From: an uncultured Pseudomonadales bacterium | GTDB lineage: Bacteria > Patescibacteriota > Microgenomatia > UBA1400 > UBA12108 | NCBI GenBank assembly: GCA_964527065.1 | Contig: CAZGNX010000001.1 | Location: forward strand, 45 to 64,044 | Reading direction: 5' to 3' | Length of the DNA: 64,000 bases | Shown: piece by piece, positions 8,908 through 18,776 of the stretch | How the letters are laid out: every line of letters starts with the position of its first letter | How positions within the stretch are numbered: the stretch's first letter is position 1 | The notes under the pieces: model-generated | What the model saw: the letters and a program-made list of their open reading frames with translations, nothing else | Databases searched by the model: none | What the model was told of the DNA's origin: nothing | Program-made: the position numbers and the translations under genes

Positions 8908-10116
8908 TTAAGATTTATGAGTCGAATTGAATGAATAATACAGGAGGCCGGTGAGAATGAATAGTTCGGTGAGCCCTGTGTTGAGCGCGGCCACGGGAGC
9001 GCCAAAGCGGGGGATAAGGATTAAATTGAGGAAACCATTTAGAATAGCGGCTACGAAGTAAACTTGCAAAACCACCTTCTCTCGTTGTGCACTAATTAAA
9101 CCCCACATCAGGGGGGCGGTCATAAAAAAGACAGGGAGCGAAAGGGAGAGGAGTCGAAGAGAAGTAACTGACAGAGAGAGTCCTGGGCGGATAGACAAGA
9201 TCCAGGGTGCGGCCAGGTAGGTGAGGAGCGCAAAGGCGAGGCCAAATACAGCCAGACTAGTAAGTGATTGTTTGATGAGGCGGCTGGCTGTGGCAAGGTT
9301 GGCCTTGACTAGTTGTGGATACATTGCGTTCATAACAAAAACGGGTAAAACTAGGAGCACGTCAAAGATGCGATAGGCAAAACCATATTCTCCTACTTCT
9401 GCCGAGGAGCGAAACACGCCCAGGATAATTGTGTCCAATTTGCTGGCTATTACGCTCGCAAGCAAAATCCCCCCCAGCGTGAGGGAGTCTTTGAGCAGCC
9501 CTAGGATGCGCGCAAGGGAAAAGGTGAGGGTGACCAACCTTTTGGCAAACGCGACCGAGAGAAGGGAGCTAGTTGCATAACCGAGCGTGTAGGCGAGGAG
9601 GTAATGGAGGAGGGAGGGGGCTACGTAGGTGTAATAAGTCGTCAAACCCGCAACAATGAGGGCACCTGTGATGGTGGCAACAGTTGTAAACCAATAGTTC
9701 TGTCGATACTGAAAGTAGGCATTCATCGAAGTGCAGACGCCCTGGAAGAATATGGCCAAACTACCGACCCAAAAAACAGACTTGATCTCTGTGGAGTAAC
9801 CTCCGGGCAATACAAGAACAAAGGCGTTGAGTATGAGTATTGTCACGAGCGAAAGCGTGAGTCTAGTGTTGATAATGTCGGTGAGGATGGGGCGGGGGGA
9901 GGGGTTGCTGGCGAAAAGACGGACACCTGTGGCGTTGAGGCCAAAGTCGATAACTGTGAAACCAACGGCAACTAGTACGAGTGACTTGGTTAAATCTCCG
10001 TAGGCAGAGGGACCTGCTAAGCGGATGATAAAAAGCGTGGTAATAAAAGAGAGTCCTGCCCCCACAAATTTGGCAACTAGTTGGGCGAGGGTGTTACTTG
10101 CGATTATTTTGAACAT
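8908..10116 (-). CDS. polysaccharide/oligosaccharide flippase (Wzx/MOP superfamily)
   Basis: 402 aa, ~12 predicted TM helices. N-terminal 'ASNTLAQLVAKFVGAGLSFITTLFIIRLAGPSAYGD' typical of Wzx/MurJ-like flippases. Confidence 0.65.
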   Translation of the reverse strand: MFKIIASNTLAQLVAKFVGAGLSFITTLFIIRLAGPSAYGDLTKSLVLVAVGFTVIDFGLNATGVRLFASNPSPRPILTDIINTRLTLSLVTILILNAFVLVLPGGYSTEIKSVFWVGSLAIFFQGVCTSMNAYFQYRQNYWFTTVATITGALIVAGLTTYYTYVAPSLLHYLLAYTLGYATSSLLSVAFAKRLVTLTFSLARILGLLKDSLTLGGILLASVIASKLDTIILGVFRSSAEVGEYGFAYRIFDVLLVLPVFVMNAMYPQLVKANLATASRLIKQSLTSLAVFGLAFALLTYLAAPWILSIRPGLSLSVTSLRLLSLSLPVFFMTAPLMWGLISAQREKVVLQVYFVAAILNGFLNLILIPRFGAPVAALNTGLTELFILTGLLYYSFNSTHKS

Positions 10117-10200
10117 GAGAGTAGTTTAGCACTGGGGTGGGTACCCAAAGGGTCTGACCTTCCCGCCGTTGAGTCTGCGGGTTGGGCACTTCCTTTAAGG

Positions 10201-11451
10201 TCAGACCCTCTGATGGCGCGTTTTTTGCTCACTTGGTCGTTGCAGTCTGACCAGCCTTAGATACAGTAAAATTACAAACAATCCTTGAGGTGAGGTAAGG
10301 AAGTAGTGGTCTAGGAGGAGGAGGGGAATAAGAGGAATTAGAAAGTAGAAATTAGGAATTAGGTGGCGCAAGGTATATATAATCGCTAGCGCGCCGAGCA
10401 CGCCGAACCAGCTCAAGAAGAGAGTGAAGCTATTATGGTCTGGCTGGAGAAGGCGCGTGTTGGGTGCGACGGCTGGGTAGGTAGAAATACTAGCTTGGGC
10501 ACCCGTGCCAAATATGGGAAGTGACCGCATAACGGACAGCGAGACTCTCTGCAAAGTGCGGCGCTCAGAGAAGGATAGATCGGAGCGAGAGGGTGAGAGT
10601 AAAGTAGGAAATAGGAAATAGGAAATAGGAATAACTAGGAGGACAAAATACATAATTTTAGATTTTGGCGTTTTAATAAGATAGAAGGGGATCACGATAC
10701 CAAAGAGAGCAAGCGCGGCGGCGCGAGACTGGGTGAGGAGAACGCCAGCGACAGTTGCACTCGTTGAAATAATCAATAACCAATTACCAATAAGCAATTT
10801 TTTTGTTGGGGCTATTTTGATAAGTATAAGAAGTGAGACAACAAGCCAGCCTGCGAGAGTGTTGGGGTGAGAAAAGGTACCGTAAGCGCGGAGTACGACA
10901 GAGTCCATAAACGTGCCTAGGGCGACGGCAGGTTGACCCACAGCTATGGTTCGCTCGCCCAAGTAGTACAACAGTCTGTCGACGGAATGCCCGAGTGTAA
11001 CTTGGGTCGTGGCGAGGACGAGTTGGAATATCATGGAGGCGCCAAGAGGAATTAGGAAGTAGGAACTAGTAAAGAGGCGCAAGGAGAGGGTGTTAACAAA
11101 TAGCGTATAGAGTAAAAGGTGGAGTGACCAGGAGAGGGTGGAGAGAGCATTACTCGTGAACAGCAAGTTCACGAGTAAAACAATCAATAACCAATCATCA
11201 ATAATCAATTGTTGAACATTTTTATTGATAAAAAAATACACTAGAATTAACAAATCTAGAAAATATAGAGTGGGAGAGAGATAGTCGACGCGGATGCCGT
11301 ATACGAGACTAGTTTGGGGCCAGAAGTGTAGACCCAGCTGGGTCGCAGAAAAGAAAATAATCAGGCCGAGGAGGATGTTAGACAGTTTTGGTGGCGATAA
11401 ATAGCCGCCTGTCTTGTCCGTAGCCTTCGGAATAACTCGTGAATTCTGCAT
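10201..11451 (-). CDS. O-antigen ligase-like (Wzy_C family) polytopic membrane protein; start uncertain
   Basis: Polytopic membrane protein carrying 'LLTQSRAAALALFG' (the S-R-G/A...L motif region of the O-antigen ligase family). The upstream ORF extension overlaps jag, so the true start may be non-ATG. Contains an in-frame heptanucleotide repeat. Confidence 0.5.
   Translation of the reverse strand: MQNSRVIPKATDKTGGYLSPPKLSNILLGLIIFFSATQLGLHFWPQTSLVYGIRVDYLSPTLYFLDLLILVYFFINKNVQQLIIDDWLLIVLLVNLLFTSNALSTLSWSLHLLLYTLFVNTLSLRLFTSSYFLIPLGASMIFQLVLATTQVTLGHSVDRLLYYLGERTIAVGQPAVALGTFMDSVVLRAYGTFSHPNTLAGWLVVSLLILIKIAPTKKLLIGNWLLIISTSATVAGVLLTQSRAAALALFGIVIPFYLIKTPKSKIMYFVLLVIPISYFLFPTLLSPSRSDLSFSERRTLQRVSLSVMRSLPIFGTGAQASISTYPAVAPNTRLLQPDHNSFTLFLSWFGVLGALAIIYTLRHLIPNFYFLIPLIPLLLLDHYFLTSPQGLFVILLYLRLVRLQRPSEQKTRHQRV
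10607..10634. repeat. (GGAAATA)3 + GGAATAA heptanucleotide tandem repeat inside coding sequence
   Basis: Read directly from sequence. Encodes 'ISYFLFP' on the minus strand. The same repeat recurs at 31712-31746. Confidence 0.9.
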
Positions 11452-11830
11452 CGTCCTGGAGCATGACGTGAATCTGCCTTCGTTCAGTGGCTGAGAGGGG
11501 AGGGAGGGCACAGGGTAGGCCTGATATGCGCGCTTGTTCTTTGGCGTTTTTCATCATGGAGGCTAGAGTTTCGAGGCGGCGAGTGCGGTAGCCGGCAACG
11601 TCGAGCAAGACGTGGCGGTGTACGTCGCCGTGGTTGAGCATGAGCGAGATAATGAGCTGGAGCGAGTCAAGGGTTTGGGCAAAGCGACCGATTAAACGGC
11701 CGGCCTCGGTTTCTTCCATTTCGATCGTTACTTTGATGACATCCTCTTCTTCGACTACGCTGATTTGGGCGGCACTGATGTCAAAATAGGCTAGTAGTTG
11801 TTCAATTTTAGCTAAATCACTTGATTGCAT
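11378..11830 (-). CDS. jag: Jag/KhpB-like RNA-binding protein (KH + R3H domains)
   Basis: 150 aa. Sits immediately downstream of yidC in the conserved rnpA-yidC-jag arrangement. C-terminal 'SYSEGYGQDRRLFIA' resembles the R3H motif. Confidence 0.75.
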   Translation of the reverse strand: MQSSDLAKIEQLLAYFDISAAQISVVEEEDVIKVTIEMEETEAGRLIGRFAQTLDSLQLIISLMLNHGDVHRHVLLDVAGYRTRRLETLASMMKNAKEQARISGLPCALPPLSATERRQIHVMLQDDAEFTSYSEGYGQDRRLFIATKTV

Positions 11831-11839
11831 AAGGCCCCT

Positions 11840-12583
11840 TTATTTAAATAATTTAAACTTTCTGGCATATAGTGGGATGGCGCCTGGGCCAGAGACGAGG
11901 AGCTGTTGAATGAGAGAAAAGGCTGTGGTGATGACCCAATAGAGAGCGAGCCCTGAGGGGAACTGGAGTGAAAAAATCACCGTCATAATGGGCATCATAT
12001 AGACCATTTGTTGTTGCATAGAGGTAGCCATTTCGGCAATGTCTTGTTTGTCGTCTTTGGTGCCCTCGCGCCCAGCTGGCTCGTTCTCTACGGCAGGAAG
12101 AAGCGTGAGAGACATAACAAACTGGAGTATTCCAGCCAGGACCGGGAGAATATAGGTTTTGTCCTTGACTTTGAGGTCCCAGAGCAAAAAGTTTGTGATT
12201 ACTTCGCCCATACCATTGCCGCCGAGGGTGTTCATAAACACTTGATAGAGAGCGATGAGCACAATAAATTGAGCAATAAAGGGGAGACACCCGGCGGCAG
12301 GATTGACCCCGTGAGTTTTGTAGAACTCTAATTGTTTCTGCTGGAAGAGCTTGGCGTCATGTCCGTGCTTGCGCTTGAGAGCATCGAGCTCGGGTTTAAG
12401 TAAAGTCATCTTTTTGGCAGACTTGAGTTGCGGAAGCGTAAAGGGGATAAGCACGACGCGGACGAGCAGAGTGAGCACAATGATGGCTAGCCCTAAATTG
12501 TTGCCCAAGACACCATAAAGCCAGAGGAGAGTGTTAAGAATGGGTTGGTAAATGAATTGGTGATACATGCTGTTAATAATCAA
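11840..12583 (-). CDS. yidC: membrane protein insertase YidC (short form)
   Basis: 247 aa. 'LAIIVLTLLVRVVLIPFTLPQLKSAKKM...LKPEL' and 'GCLPFIAQFIVLIALYQ' conserved YidC/Oxa1 core. Confidence 0.9.
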   Translation of the reverse strand: MIINSMYHQFIYQPILNTLLWLYGVLGNNLGLAIIVLTLLVRVVLIPFTLPQLKSAKKMTLLKPELDALKRKHGHDAKLFQQKQLEFYKTHGVNPAAGCLPFIAQFIVLIALYQVFMNTLGGNGMGEVITNFLLWDLKVKDKTYILPVLAGILQFVMSLTLLPAVENEPAGREGTKDDKQDIAEMATSMQQQMVYMMPIMTVIFSLQFPSGLALYWVITTAFSLIQQLLVSGPGAIPLYARKFKLFK

Positions 12584-12607
12584 TAATCAAATAACAATAA
12601 TCAAACA

Positions 12608-12820
12608 TTATGGCACGGGGTCAAATCCGCCTGCAGACCATGGATGACATTTTAACAGTCTTTGTGCAGATAACCAAGCGCCAAAGATAAGGCCGTGTTT
12701 GTGGAGAGCCTCACGGGCATAGCGCGAGCAGGTGGGAGAGTAGCGGCAGCGGCCATGGGAGAGACCAAGATTGATGGCTATGGCTTTACTAATTTTCAAA
12801 ATCCATTTTACAATTTTCAT
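12608..12820 (-). CDS. yidD: membrane protein insertion efficiency factor YidD
   Basis: 70 aa. '[17 protein letters not shown]' conserved YidD core. Position between rnpA and yidC. Confidence 0.85.
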   Translation of the reverse strand: MKIVKWILKISKAIAINLGLSHGRCRYSPTCSRYAREALHKHGLIFGAWLSAQRLLKCHPWSAGGFDPVP

Positions 12821-12827
12821 TTAATCT

Positions 12828-13154
12828 TCAATTGCCAAATTTCAAATTGCCCAATTCGGAAATGATTAATTGTTTGGTGGCGAGAGATTTTTTGAGCAGG
12901 AGCGGTTTGTAGATGATTACTACGTCGAGTTTTTTGTCTATTATTTGTGGCCAGAGGGTATCATAGGTCAGGCGCTTGAGCCAATTGCGTGAAGAGGCTA
13001 ACTTGGAAAGTTTTTTGGGGACGACGACCGCGAGGCGGGAAGGGGAGTGGGGCGCAAATAATGTGCGGAAATGAGGGGCGGCTGTTTGTTTGGCGCTTGT
13101 GCGGAAGCGCAGTAGCTCAGTGCGGAGGGGGAATTTACTTGATTTGGGGATCAT
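12828..13154 (-). CDS. rnpA: ribonuclease P protein component
   Basis: 108 aa, basic. 'RLKRLTYDTLWPQI' region. Synteny rpmH-rnpA-yidD-yidC. Confidence 0.8.
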   Translation of the reverse strand: MIPKSSKFPLRTELLRFRTSAKQTAAPHFRTLFAPHSPSRLAVVVPKKLSKLASSRNWLKRLTYDTLWPQIIDKKLDVVIIYKPLLLKKSLATKQLIISELGNLKFGN

Positions 13155-13192
13155 AAGACAATATTAAACCAATGCACCATTAAACCATTTGG

Positions 13193-13327
13193 TTAAACGG
13201 TGAGCTTGGCGCGGCCCGTGGCGCGGCGGCGGGAGATGACCAGGCGGCCTTTGTGGGTGGACATCCGCTTCATAAAACCGTGGACGTTGCGACGCTTGAT
13301 TTTTTTGGGCTGATATGTGCGTTTCAT
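13193..13327 (-). CDS. rpmH: 50S ribosomal protein L34
   Basis: Not in the ORF track (44 aa). Hand translation gives [44 protein letters not shown], canonical L34. Confidence 0.85.
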   Translation of the reverse strand: MKRTYQPKKIKRRNVHGFMKRMSTHKGRLVISRRRATGRAKLTV

Positions 13328-13457
13328 AAAGTAATTTACAAATTGTAATTTACAATTTACAAGTAAAGTGTATTTTAGCAGGGGAGAGGGGATTTGTCAC
13401 GGTGGGAGGTAGTTTGGATATATTGTGGTGTGTGGAAAAGTTGTGGATAATAAAGAT
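13328..13457. promoter_or_regulatory. rpmH/dnaA divergent promoter region with AT-rich direct repeats and a DnaA box (oriC part I candidate)
   Basis: 'aatttaca' x3 AT-rich repeats at 13330-13362. TGTGGATAA (complement of TTATCCACA) at 13441-13449, just upstream of the likely dnaA start at 13458. Confidence 0.5.
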
Positions 13458-14804
13458 ATGGATATCCTATCAGTATGGAAGGCGGTTTTAAGTGAGCTTG
13501 AACTCTCTATATCGCCCGTCTATTTCCCCACTTGGATTAAACCACTTTCGCTTGCATCGATTGAGCAACTCAGCGAGGAGACAATCCTGGTCACAATAAT
13601 GTGTCCGTCGGGCTATCACCAGTCAATGGTGTCCCAGCGATATCGCGGGCAAATTCAGAGGAGTTTAGAGCGAATTTGTGGGGGAGGGGTAGAGCTTGCA
13701 TTTGTAGTTGGTCGAGACGATCCTGGTCCCAGATCCTTGCCGAGTGCGCCTTTGTTTGCTGAACCCCTGGCGAAGGAAGTGGGTGCGGGGTCACATAATC
13801 TCAACCCCCGCATGACTTTTGAGGCTTATGTCGTTGGGGGGTCAAATAACTTTGCCTATGCGGCCGCGCAGGGAGCGGCCAAGAGCCCAGGTACAAGACA
13901 TAACCCGCTCTTTATCTATGGTGGGGTGGGGCTTGGGAAAACACACCTAATGCAGGCAGTGGGGCATGCGATCTACCACGACCACCCTGACTGGAACATT
14001 ATGTACATCTCGGCAGAGACGTTTGGCAGTGATTTGATTGCGAGCTTACAGAACAAAAAAACTCCAGCCTTTAAGAAAAAATACCGCGCGCCCAATGTTT
14101 TGCTTGTTGACGATATTCAGTTTATTGCCGGCAAAGAGTATATTCAAGAAGAATTTTTTCACACTTTTAATCAACTCTATATGTCTCAGCGCCAGGTGAT
14201 TTTGACCTCTGACCGGCCTCCGCAGGAGATTGTCAAGCTCGAGGAGAGGCTTTCGTCCCGCTTTATGGGAGGACTAATGGTAGACGTCCAGTCCCCCGAC
14301 TTTGAAACCAGGGTGGCGATCCTTACTCAAAAAAGCGAGACGCTAAAGATTTCTATTCCGAAGGAGGCGATTGCCTTGATTGCAGAGCGCACAACAACCA
14401 ATATCCGCGAACTGGAGGGCGCCCTCCAGGGAATTTATGCAAAGGCCTTGCCCGGCGGGGGAGAGATTACGAGCGACCTAGTGCGAGAGTATTTTGGTGC
14501 AGAGCGGGAGAGGCGAACCCAGCGGATTCGCCCCCAAAGCGTGATTGCCAAAACTGCCCAGTACTTTTCTTTTAAACCCTCCGAGCTCTTGGGGAGTAGC
14601 CGCAAGGCCCCTCTGATCGCTGCGCGACACGCGGCCATGTATGTCCTCTATAGCGACCTACGCTTGCCTTATGAGCAGGTAGGGAGGCTAATGGGGGGGA
14701 GAGACCACACCACAGCGATCCACGCGGTCGAGAAAATCACCCAACAACTCAAAACTGACCCCGCGATGGCAAAAATTATTGCCGACATCAAACATGGATT
14801 ATAA
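13458..14804 (+). CDS. dnaA: chromosomal replication initiator DnaA
   Basis: Walker A 'GGVGLGKTHL', Walker B 'LLVDDIQFIAGKE', sensor/box VII region, C-terminal DNA-binding 'AARHAAMYVLYSDL...IGRLMGGRDHTTAIHA'. N-terminus 'MDILSVWKAVL' is typical. The ORF extends to 13425. Confidence 0.95.
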   Translation: MDILSVWKAVLSELELSISPVYFPTWIKPLSLASIEQLSEETILVTIMCPSGYHQSMVSQRYRGQIQRSLERICGGGVELAFVVGRDDPGPRSLPSAPLFAEPLAKEVGAGSHNLNPRMTFEAYVVGGSNNFAYAAAQGAAKSPGTRHNPLFIYGGVGLGKTHLMQAVGHAIYHDHPDWNIMYISAETFGSDLIASLQNKKTPAFKKKYRAPNVLLVDDIQFIAGKEYIQEEFFHTFNQLYMSQRQVILTSDRPPQEIVKLEERLSSRFMGGLMVDVQSPDFETRVAILTQKSETLKISIPKEAIALIAERTTTNIRELEGALQGIYAKALPGGGEITSDLVREYFGAERERRTQRIRPQSVIAKTAQYFSFKPSELLGSSRKAPLIAARHAAMYVLYSDLRLPYEQVGRLMGGRDHTTAIHAVEKITQQLKTDPAMAKIIADIKHGL

Positions 14805-14965
14805 CTATGGGGAAAACTATGGTAAAAAATAGTTATCCACAACACTTAGGAGTTTTCCACATTGTTGTCCACTGGATTTTCCCCGAACCCTGCAGAGAAT
14901 TGTTCGACAATCCACCGGCTCTACTACTAATACCATTTAACTTAAGATATATTTAGTATTAGCTT
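14805..14965. promoter_or_regulatory. oriC candidate: DnaA-box cluster plus AT-rich unwinding element in the dnaA-dnaN intergenic region
   Basis: Perfect TTATCCACA at 14833-14841. Near-boxes TTTTCCACA (14855-14863) and TTGTCCACT (14867-14875). AT-rich 'taataccatttaacttaagatatatttagtattagctt' at 14925-14965. Confidence 0.55.
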
Positions 14966-16063
14966 ATGAAGATAGAAGTACTCCAGGAACAAATGATGTC
15001 GGGCATGACGACCGTGGCGCGGGCTGTGGCTAACCGCGCTCAACTGCCAGCACTTAGCCATATCCTGATTGAAGCAAAAAGGGAGGGGTTGATACTCTCC
15101 GCGACTGACCTGGAGGTGGGAATGCGCGTGAAGGTGGCGGCAAAGGTTGTAGTCGAAGGGAGGGTGGCTGTACCCGCCAAAATGCTCCTAGAGTTTTTGG
15201 GCTCGTTGAACCCGGGGCGCGTGGAGATTGTAACTCAAGGAGACTCCTTGTTGGTTTCTGCCCCTGGGTATAGCGCCAAGTTTCAGACCATAAGCCCCGA
15301 AGAGTTCCCTGCATTGCCTGAGATAGTGGGTGACACAGAGACGTGCGTACTCGAAGGGAAAGCCTTGGCAGAGGGGGTTGAGCGCGTAGCTTTTGCAAGT
15401 GCGCGCGATACACTGAGGCCCGTACTAACTGGCGTATTATGGGAAGTCTCCAAGAAAAAGGTGCGCTTGGTAGCGACCGACGGGTTTCGCTTGGCAATTG
15501 AGGAGATTGTAGCCGAAAACAAGGGAGAGGTCGGGGCCTTTTTAATTCCCTCCAGGGCCTTGGTGGAGGTTGTGAGATTGCCCACCGAAGGGAAGATCAG
15601 GGTGGGCAAGTTGAGTGCGACTAACCAGCTCTTTTTTGAGGTGGGGGACGTTCAGCTGATGTCGCAGTTATTGGATGGCAACTTCCCCGACTACCAAAAA
15701 ATCATACCCAAAGAATTTAGTACAGAGATTAAAGTAAATAGAGAGGAGCTAACGCAAGCAATTAAGGCAATGTACATTTTCGCCCGAGAGAACTCGAACA
15801 TGGTGCGCTTCCAGATTGAGAGAAACAAATTGGTACTTCTTGCCAGCTCGAGTGAGCGTGGTGAGTCGAGGGCGGAACTCCCCATAACTCTCTCTGGAGA
15901 GCCCCTTGAGATCATCTTTAATGCGCGATATGTGCTTGACTATCTATCAATTGTCGAAGGCGAGCAGGTTGAGATAGCGATGGGAGGGAAGCTCGCGCCG
16001 GGATTGTTTTGTCAATCTAATCGCGAAGGTGGGCAATACATTGTAATGCCGATTAACGCCTAA
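14966..16063 (+). CDS. dnaN: DNA polymerase III beta sliding clamp
   Basis: 365 aa. Three-domain clamp architecture. 'LLDGNFPDYQKIIPKE' conserved motif. Follows dnaA. Confidence 0.95.
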   Translation: MKIEVLQEQMMSGMTTVARAVANRAQLPALSHILIEAKREGLILSATDLEVGMRVKVAAKVVVEGRVAVPAKMLLEFLGSLNPGRVEIVTQGDSLLVSAPGYSAKFQTISPEEFPALPEIVGDTETCVLEGKALAEGVERVAFASARDTLRPVLTGVLWEVSKKKVRLVATDGFRLAIEEIVAENKGEVGAFLIPSRALVEVVRLPTEGKIRVGKLSATNQLFFEVGDVQLMSQLLDGNFPDYQKIIPKEFSTEIKVNREELTQAIKAMYIFARENSNMVRFQIERNKLVLLASSSERGESRAELPITLSGEPLEIIFNARYVLDYLSIVEGEQVEIAMGGKLAPGLFCQSNREGGQYIVMPINA

Positions 16064-17982
16064 TTTTTTTCTTTTGGAGCGGCAGGTAAACTTTGAGCAT
16101 TTAGAGGAGGAGGGGGTTGCTGAGCGTCAGCAGGAGGAGTAAGGGGCGACCTGGGAACACTATTTAACTTGGCAGTTAATGCATTTTGTTTGTCGAGCAA
16201 CTCTTGTGGGTTGGTGGTGATGAGCGCGTGTTCTTCGGGCGAGGCGACCACTTTCATGGCGACGTGGTTCTGACCGGCAAAGAAGAGGGCCTCTCCCACG
16301 TCGGCCGTGAGAAGGAGATGTCGCTCTCCTTGAGAGAGGAAAAAGGTGGTTGCCAGCTTTTCGATGGCGCTACTGCTCTGTTTCATGAGGACCTGAATAC
16401 TGGAGTTGCTGACTATGGCTTTGCCATGGTCGCTCTTGAGGAAGTCTTCAACATCCTGAGTAATGGTGGTTAAACCAAGGAAATATTTGCGGGCGCGTTT
16501 GGCGATGCCATAGAGAAAGGTGGCGGAGTCCTCTGATTTCATGAGGTACCAAGCCTCATCCACCACCAGGAGTCGGCGCTTTAGATCCCGCTTGACCTTG
16601 GTCCAGATGTAGTCGAGGATGATAAAAATGGCGGTGGGGCGGAGCTCATCCTGGAGATTTTTGATCCCAAAAACTGTGAGCTGGGTACCAAAATTGACGT
16701 TGGATTTTTGGGAGAAGATGCCCTGAAACGAACCCTTGACGTATTTCTCTAGGCGATCAGCGAGCCCGCGGGCCACGGCCTCTTCCATGCCGTTGAGAAC
16801 CTTGTAGAGATCTTCCATGAGCGGTGGCTCGAGGGTGTGGGTTGAGGGATCGCGAGTAATCCCCTTCATTTGATAAGTCATCACAAGGGCGCGGTCGAGG
16901 AGCGCTTCTTCTTGGGGCGTCATATCGCCCATCATAATTTTGAGAAGTGAGTGAAGGCTAATAATCTTCATGGCGAGCTCATTTTCGTCGGGCTCTTTCA
17001 TTTGGGGGAGTTCGAAGGGGTTGATGCGGTTGGGGGAGCTAAAGGAGAAGTCAATGTAAGTTCCCTTGATGGCGGAGGAGAGCTTGCGGTACTCGTCCTC
17101 GGGGTCGATGACGATAACCTCCGTGTCAAAGAGGAGCGAGCGCAAGATCTCGAGCTTGACCATGTAGGACTTGCCTGAGCCTGACTTGGCAAACACAACC
17201 ATGTTGGCATTTTCGAGGGTAAAGCGATCAAATACCACAAGACTATCATTGTGTTCGTTGATGCCATACATGAGGCCTTCATTTTGGGTGAGTTCACTAC
17301 TAGTAAAGGGGAAGGTGGTGGCGAGGGAGGTGGTGTCCATGTTGCGGTTCATTTTGAGCTTGTCGAGGCCGGTGGGGAGCGTGGTCTTAAAGCCATCCTC
17401 GATCTGGAGACTCGCGGTTTTGGCGACGATTAAGAGAGCGCCGAGCGCGGACTTGACGTGGTTGGTGACGCGGTCCAAGATATCTTTTTTGTCGTCGCGG
17501 ATCGTGATGTAGAGCCCAAACTGGAAAAAGCGCTCCGATCCTTTGGCCAGTTGTTCTTGGAGTGAGCGGGCGTCTTCGAGTTTGACTTGCGTATCAATAT
17601 TGATAATGCGACCCCGCTGAATGTCTCCTTGGAGCTCGGCCTCCATCTCGGCGATTTTGCGCCGCAAGTCTTCGATAACGCCCTTGCCGTCGACGGGGTA
17701 GATAAACATGGAGATCGAGAGGGAGTGGGGGAAGTTGATGAGCGGGGAGAGCCAGTTGGCGTTCACAAATCTGGGGTAGCCTGCGACGAAGAGAGTGCGG
17801 TAGTAGGTGTCGTTGATTTTGAGATCTGAGAAATCGACCTCGATGGCTTCGGGGGCGATGATATCTTTGACGTTGGTGGTGCCTTGGGACAAGATGGTGA
17901 CGGCGGGAGAGACCTGGGGGCCAGCATCTTTGTCACTCCCCTTTTTGGCACCAAAAAATGACGGCAGGTTCAGTTTGGGCAT
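16060..17982 (-). CDS. virB4: VirB4/TraE/PrgJ-family type IV secretion ATPase
   Basis: 640 aa. Walker A 'VVFAKSGSGKSY', 'NPFE', Walker B 'RLLVVDEAWYLM', C-terminal Pro-rich tail. The stop overlaps the dnaN stop. Confidence 0.85.
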   Translation of the reverse strand: MPKLNLPSFFGAKKGSDKDAGPQVSPAVTILSQGTTNVKDIIAPEAIEVDFSDLKINDTYYRTLFVAGYPRFVNANWLSPLINFPHSLSISMFIYPVDGKGVIEDLRRKIAEMEAELQGDIQRGRIINIDTQVKLEDARSLQEQLAKGSERFFQFGLYITIRDDKKDILDRVTNHVKSALGALLIVAKTASLQIEDGFKTTLPTGLDKLKMNRNMDTTSLATTFPFTSSELTQNEGLMYGINEHNDSLVVFDRFTLENANMVVFAKSGSGKSYMVKLEILRSLLFDTEVIVIDPEDEYRKLSSAIKGTYIDFSFSSPNRINPFELPQMKEPDENELAMKIISLHSLLKIMMGDMTPQEEALLDRALVMTYQMKGITRDPSTHTLEPPLMEDLYKVLNGMEEAVARGLADRLEKYVKGSFQGIFSQKSNVNFGTQLTVFGIKNLQDELRPTAIFIILDYIWTKVKRDLKRRLLVVDEAWYLMKSEDSATFLYGIAKRARKYFLGLTTITQDVEDFLKSDHGKAIVSNSSIQVLMKQSSSAIEKLATTFFLSQGERHLLLTADVGEALFFAGQNHVAMKVVASPEEHALITTNPQELLDKQNALTAKLNSVPRSPLTPPADAQQPPPPLNAQSLPAAPKEKN

Positions 17983-18134
17983 AATAGTCTCAGTATATCA
18001 GCTAGCTGGCAAGTCGGTAACTCAGTGAAATCGGTAGATTATTATTCAGTAAGCCAGCAGATCAGTGTTTCTGTTTTGCTGATGCACGGGGTGGCTGATT
18101 TGCCGAAAAACCGAATAACTGGTTTCACAGCTCA

Positions 18135-18776
18135 TTACTTTGCGGCGACGTTGGGGGCGACGATAGCCTGCTCGTAATCTGAGGCAGTGGTGAATTTTTG
18201 ACCCTTGACCGTGGAGTTGTAAAAACTGTGGAAGAGCTTCATCAAGCTCTGGGAGTTGATTTGTTGGGCGGTTAACCCAATGCGGGTGAGTTGTTTGATG
18301 AGATGATCGCGTTTGGGTTCAAGGTCGGTTTTGGCTTTGAGGATTAAGTCCTCGGTGATTTCGACTTTGCCGGAGAGGGTGACGAGTTGATAGGAGACGA
18401 CAATATAGAATTTTTTATCGAGCACGTTTTGTTCGGTGATTGTCGTTTCAATAAAACTGCGATATTGTTTCATGCGCTCCTTAAGGACTTCGTCTTTGAG
18501 TTTTTTCTCCTGGAGAGAAAGGAGTTCGATATAGGCGCTGATGTCTTTTTTCTCTGATTTGATCACGATTTGGATAGGGAAGGAGAGCGAATTGAGTAGG
18601 CCCGCGTAGGCATAGATGGTCGCGTCCTGCTCTTCTTCGGATAGGAGGCCAAAGTTGATGGCAGAGGTTTGGATGACCAGGCTACAAATGCCGTTTTTGA
18701 GAATGACCAAGTCGTCTTGAACAGTTTCGATGTCGAGATGATCTTGGGTGGTGGCGACAATGACTGATTCGGGCAT
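18135..18776 (-). CDS. hypothetical T4SS-associated protein
   Basis: 213 aa, no TM segment or signature recognised. Its position immediately upstream of virB4 in the same operon supports the call. Confidence 0.5.
   Translation of the reverse strand: MPESVIVATTQDHLDIETVQDDLVILKNGICSLVIQTSAINFGLLSEEEQDATIYAYAGLLNSLSFPIQIVIKSEKKDISAYIELLSLQEKKLKDEVLKERMKQYRSFIETTITEQNVLDKKFYIVVSYQLVTLSGKVEITEDLILKAKTDLEPKRDHLIKQLTRIGLTAQQINSQSLMKLFHSFYNSTVKGQKFTTASDYEQAIVAPNVAAK

Noticed and set aside
11378-11511. 133-nt 5' extension of the O-antigen-ligase-like ORF overlapping jag
   Set aside because: The Jag C-terminus (R3H-like) looks complete, and the overlap would be unusually long. The ligase gene more likely starts downstream at an internal or non-ATG start.
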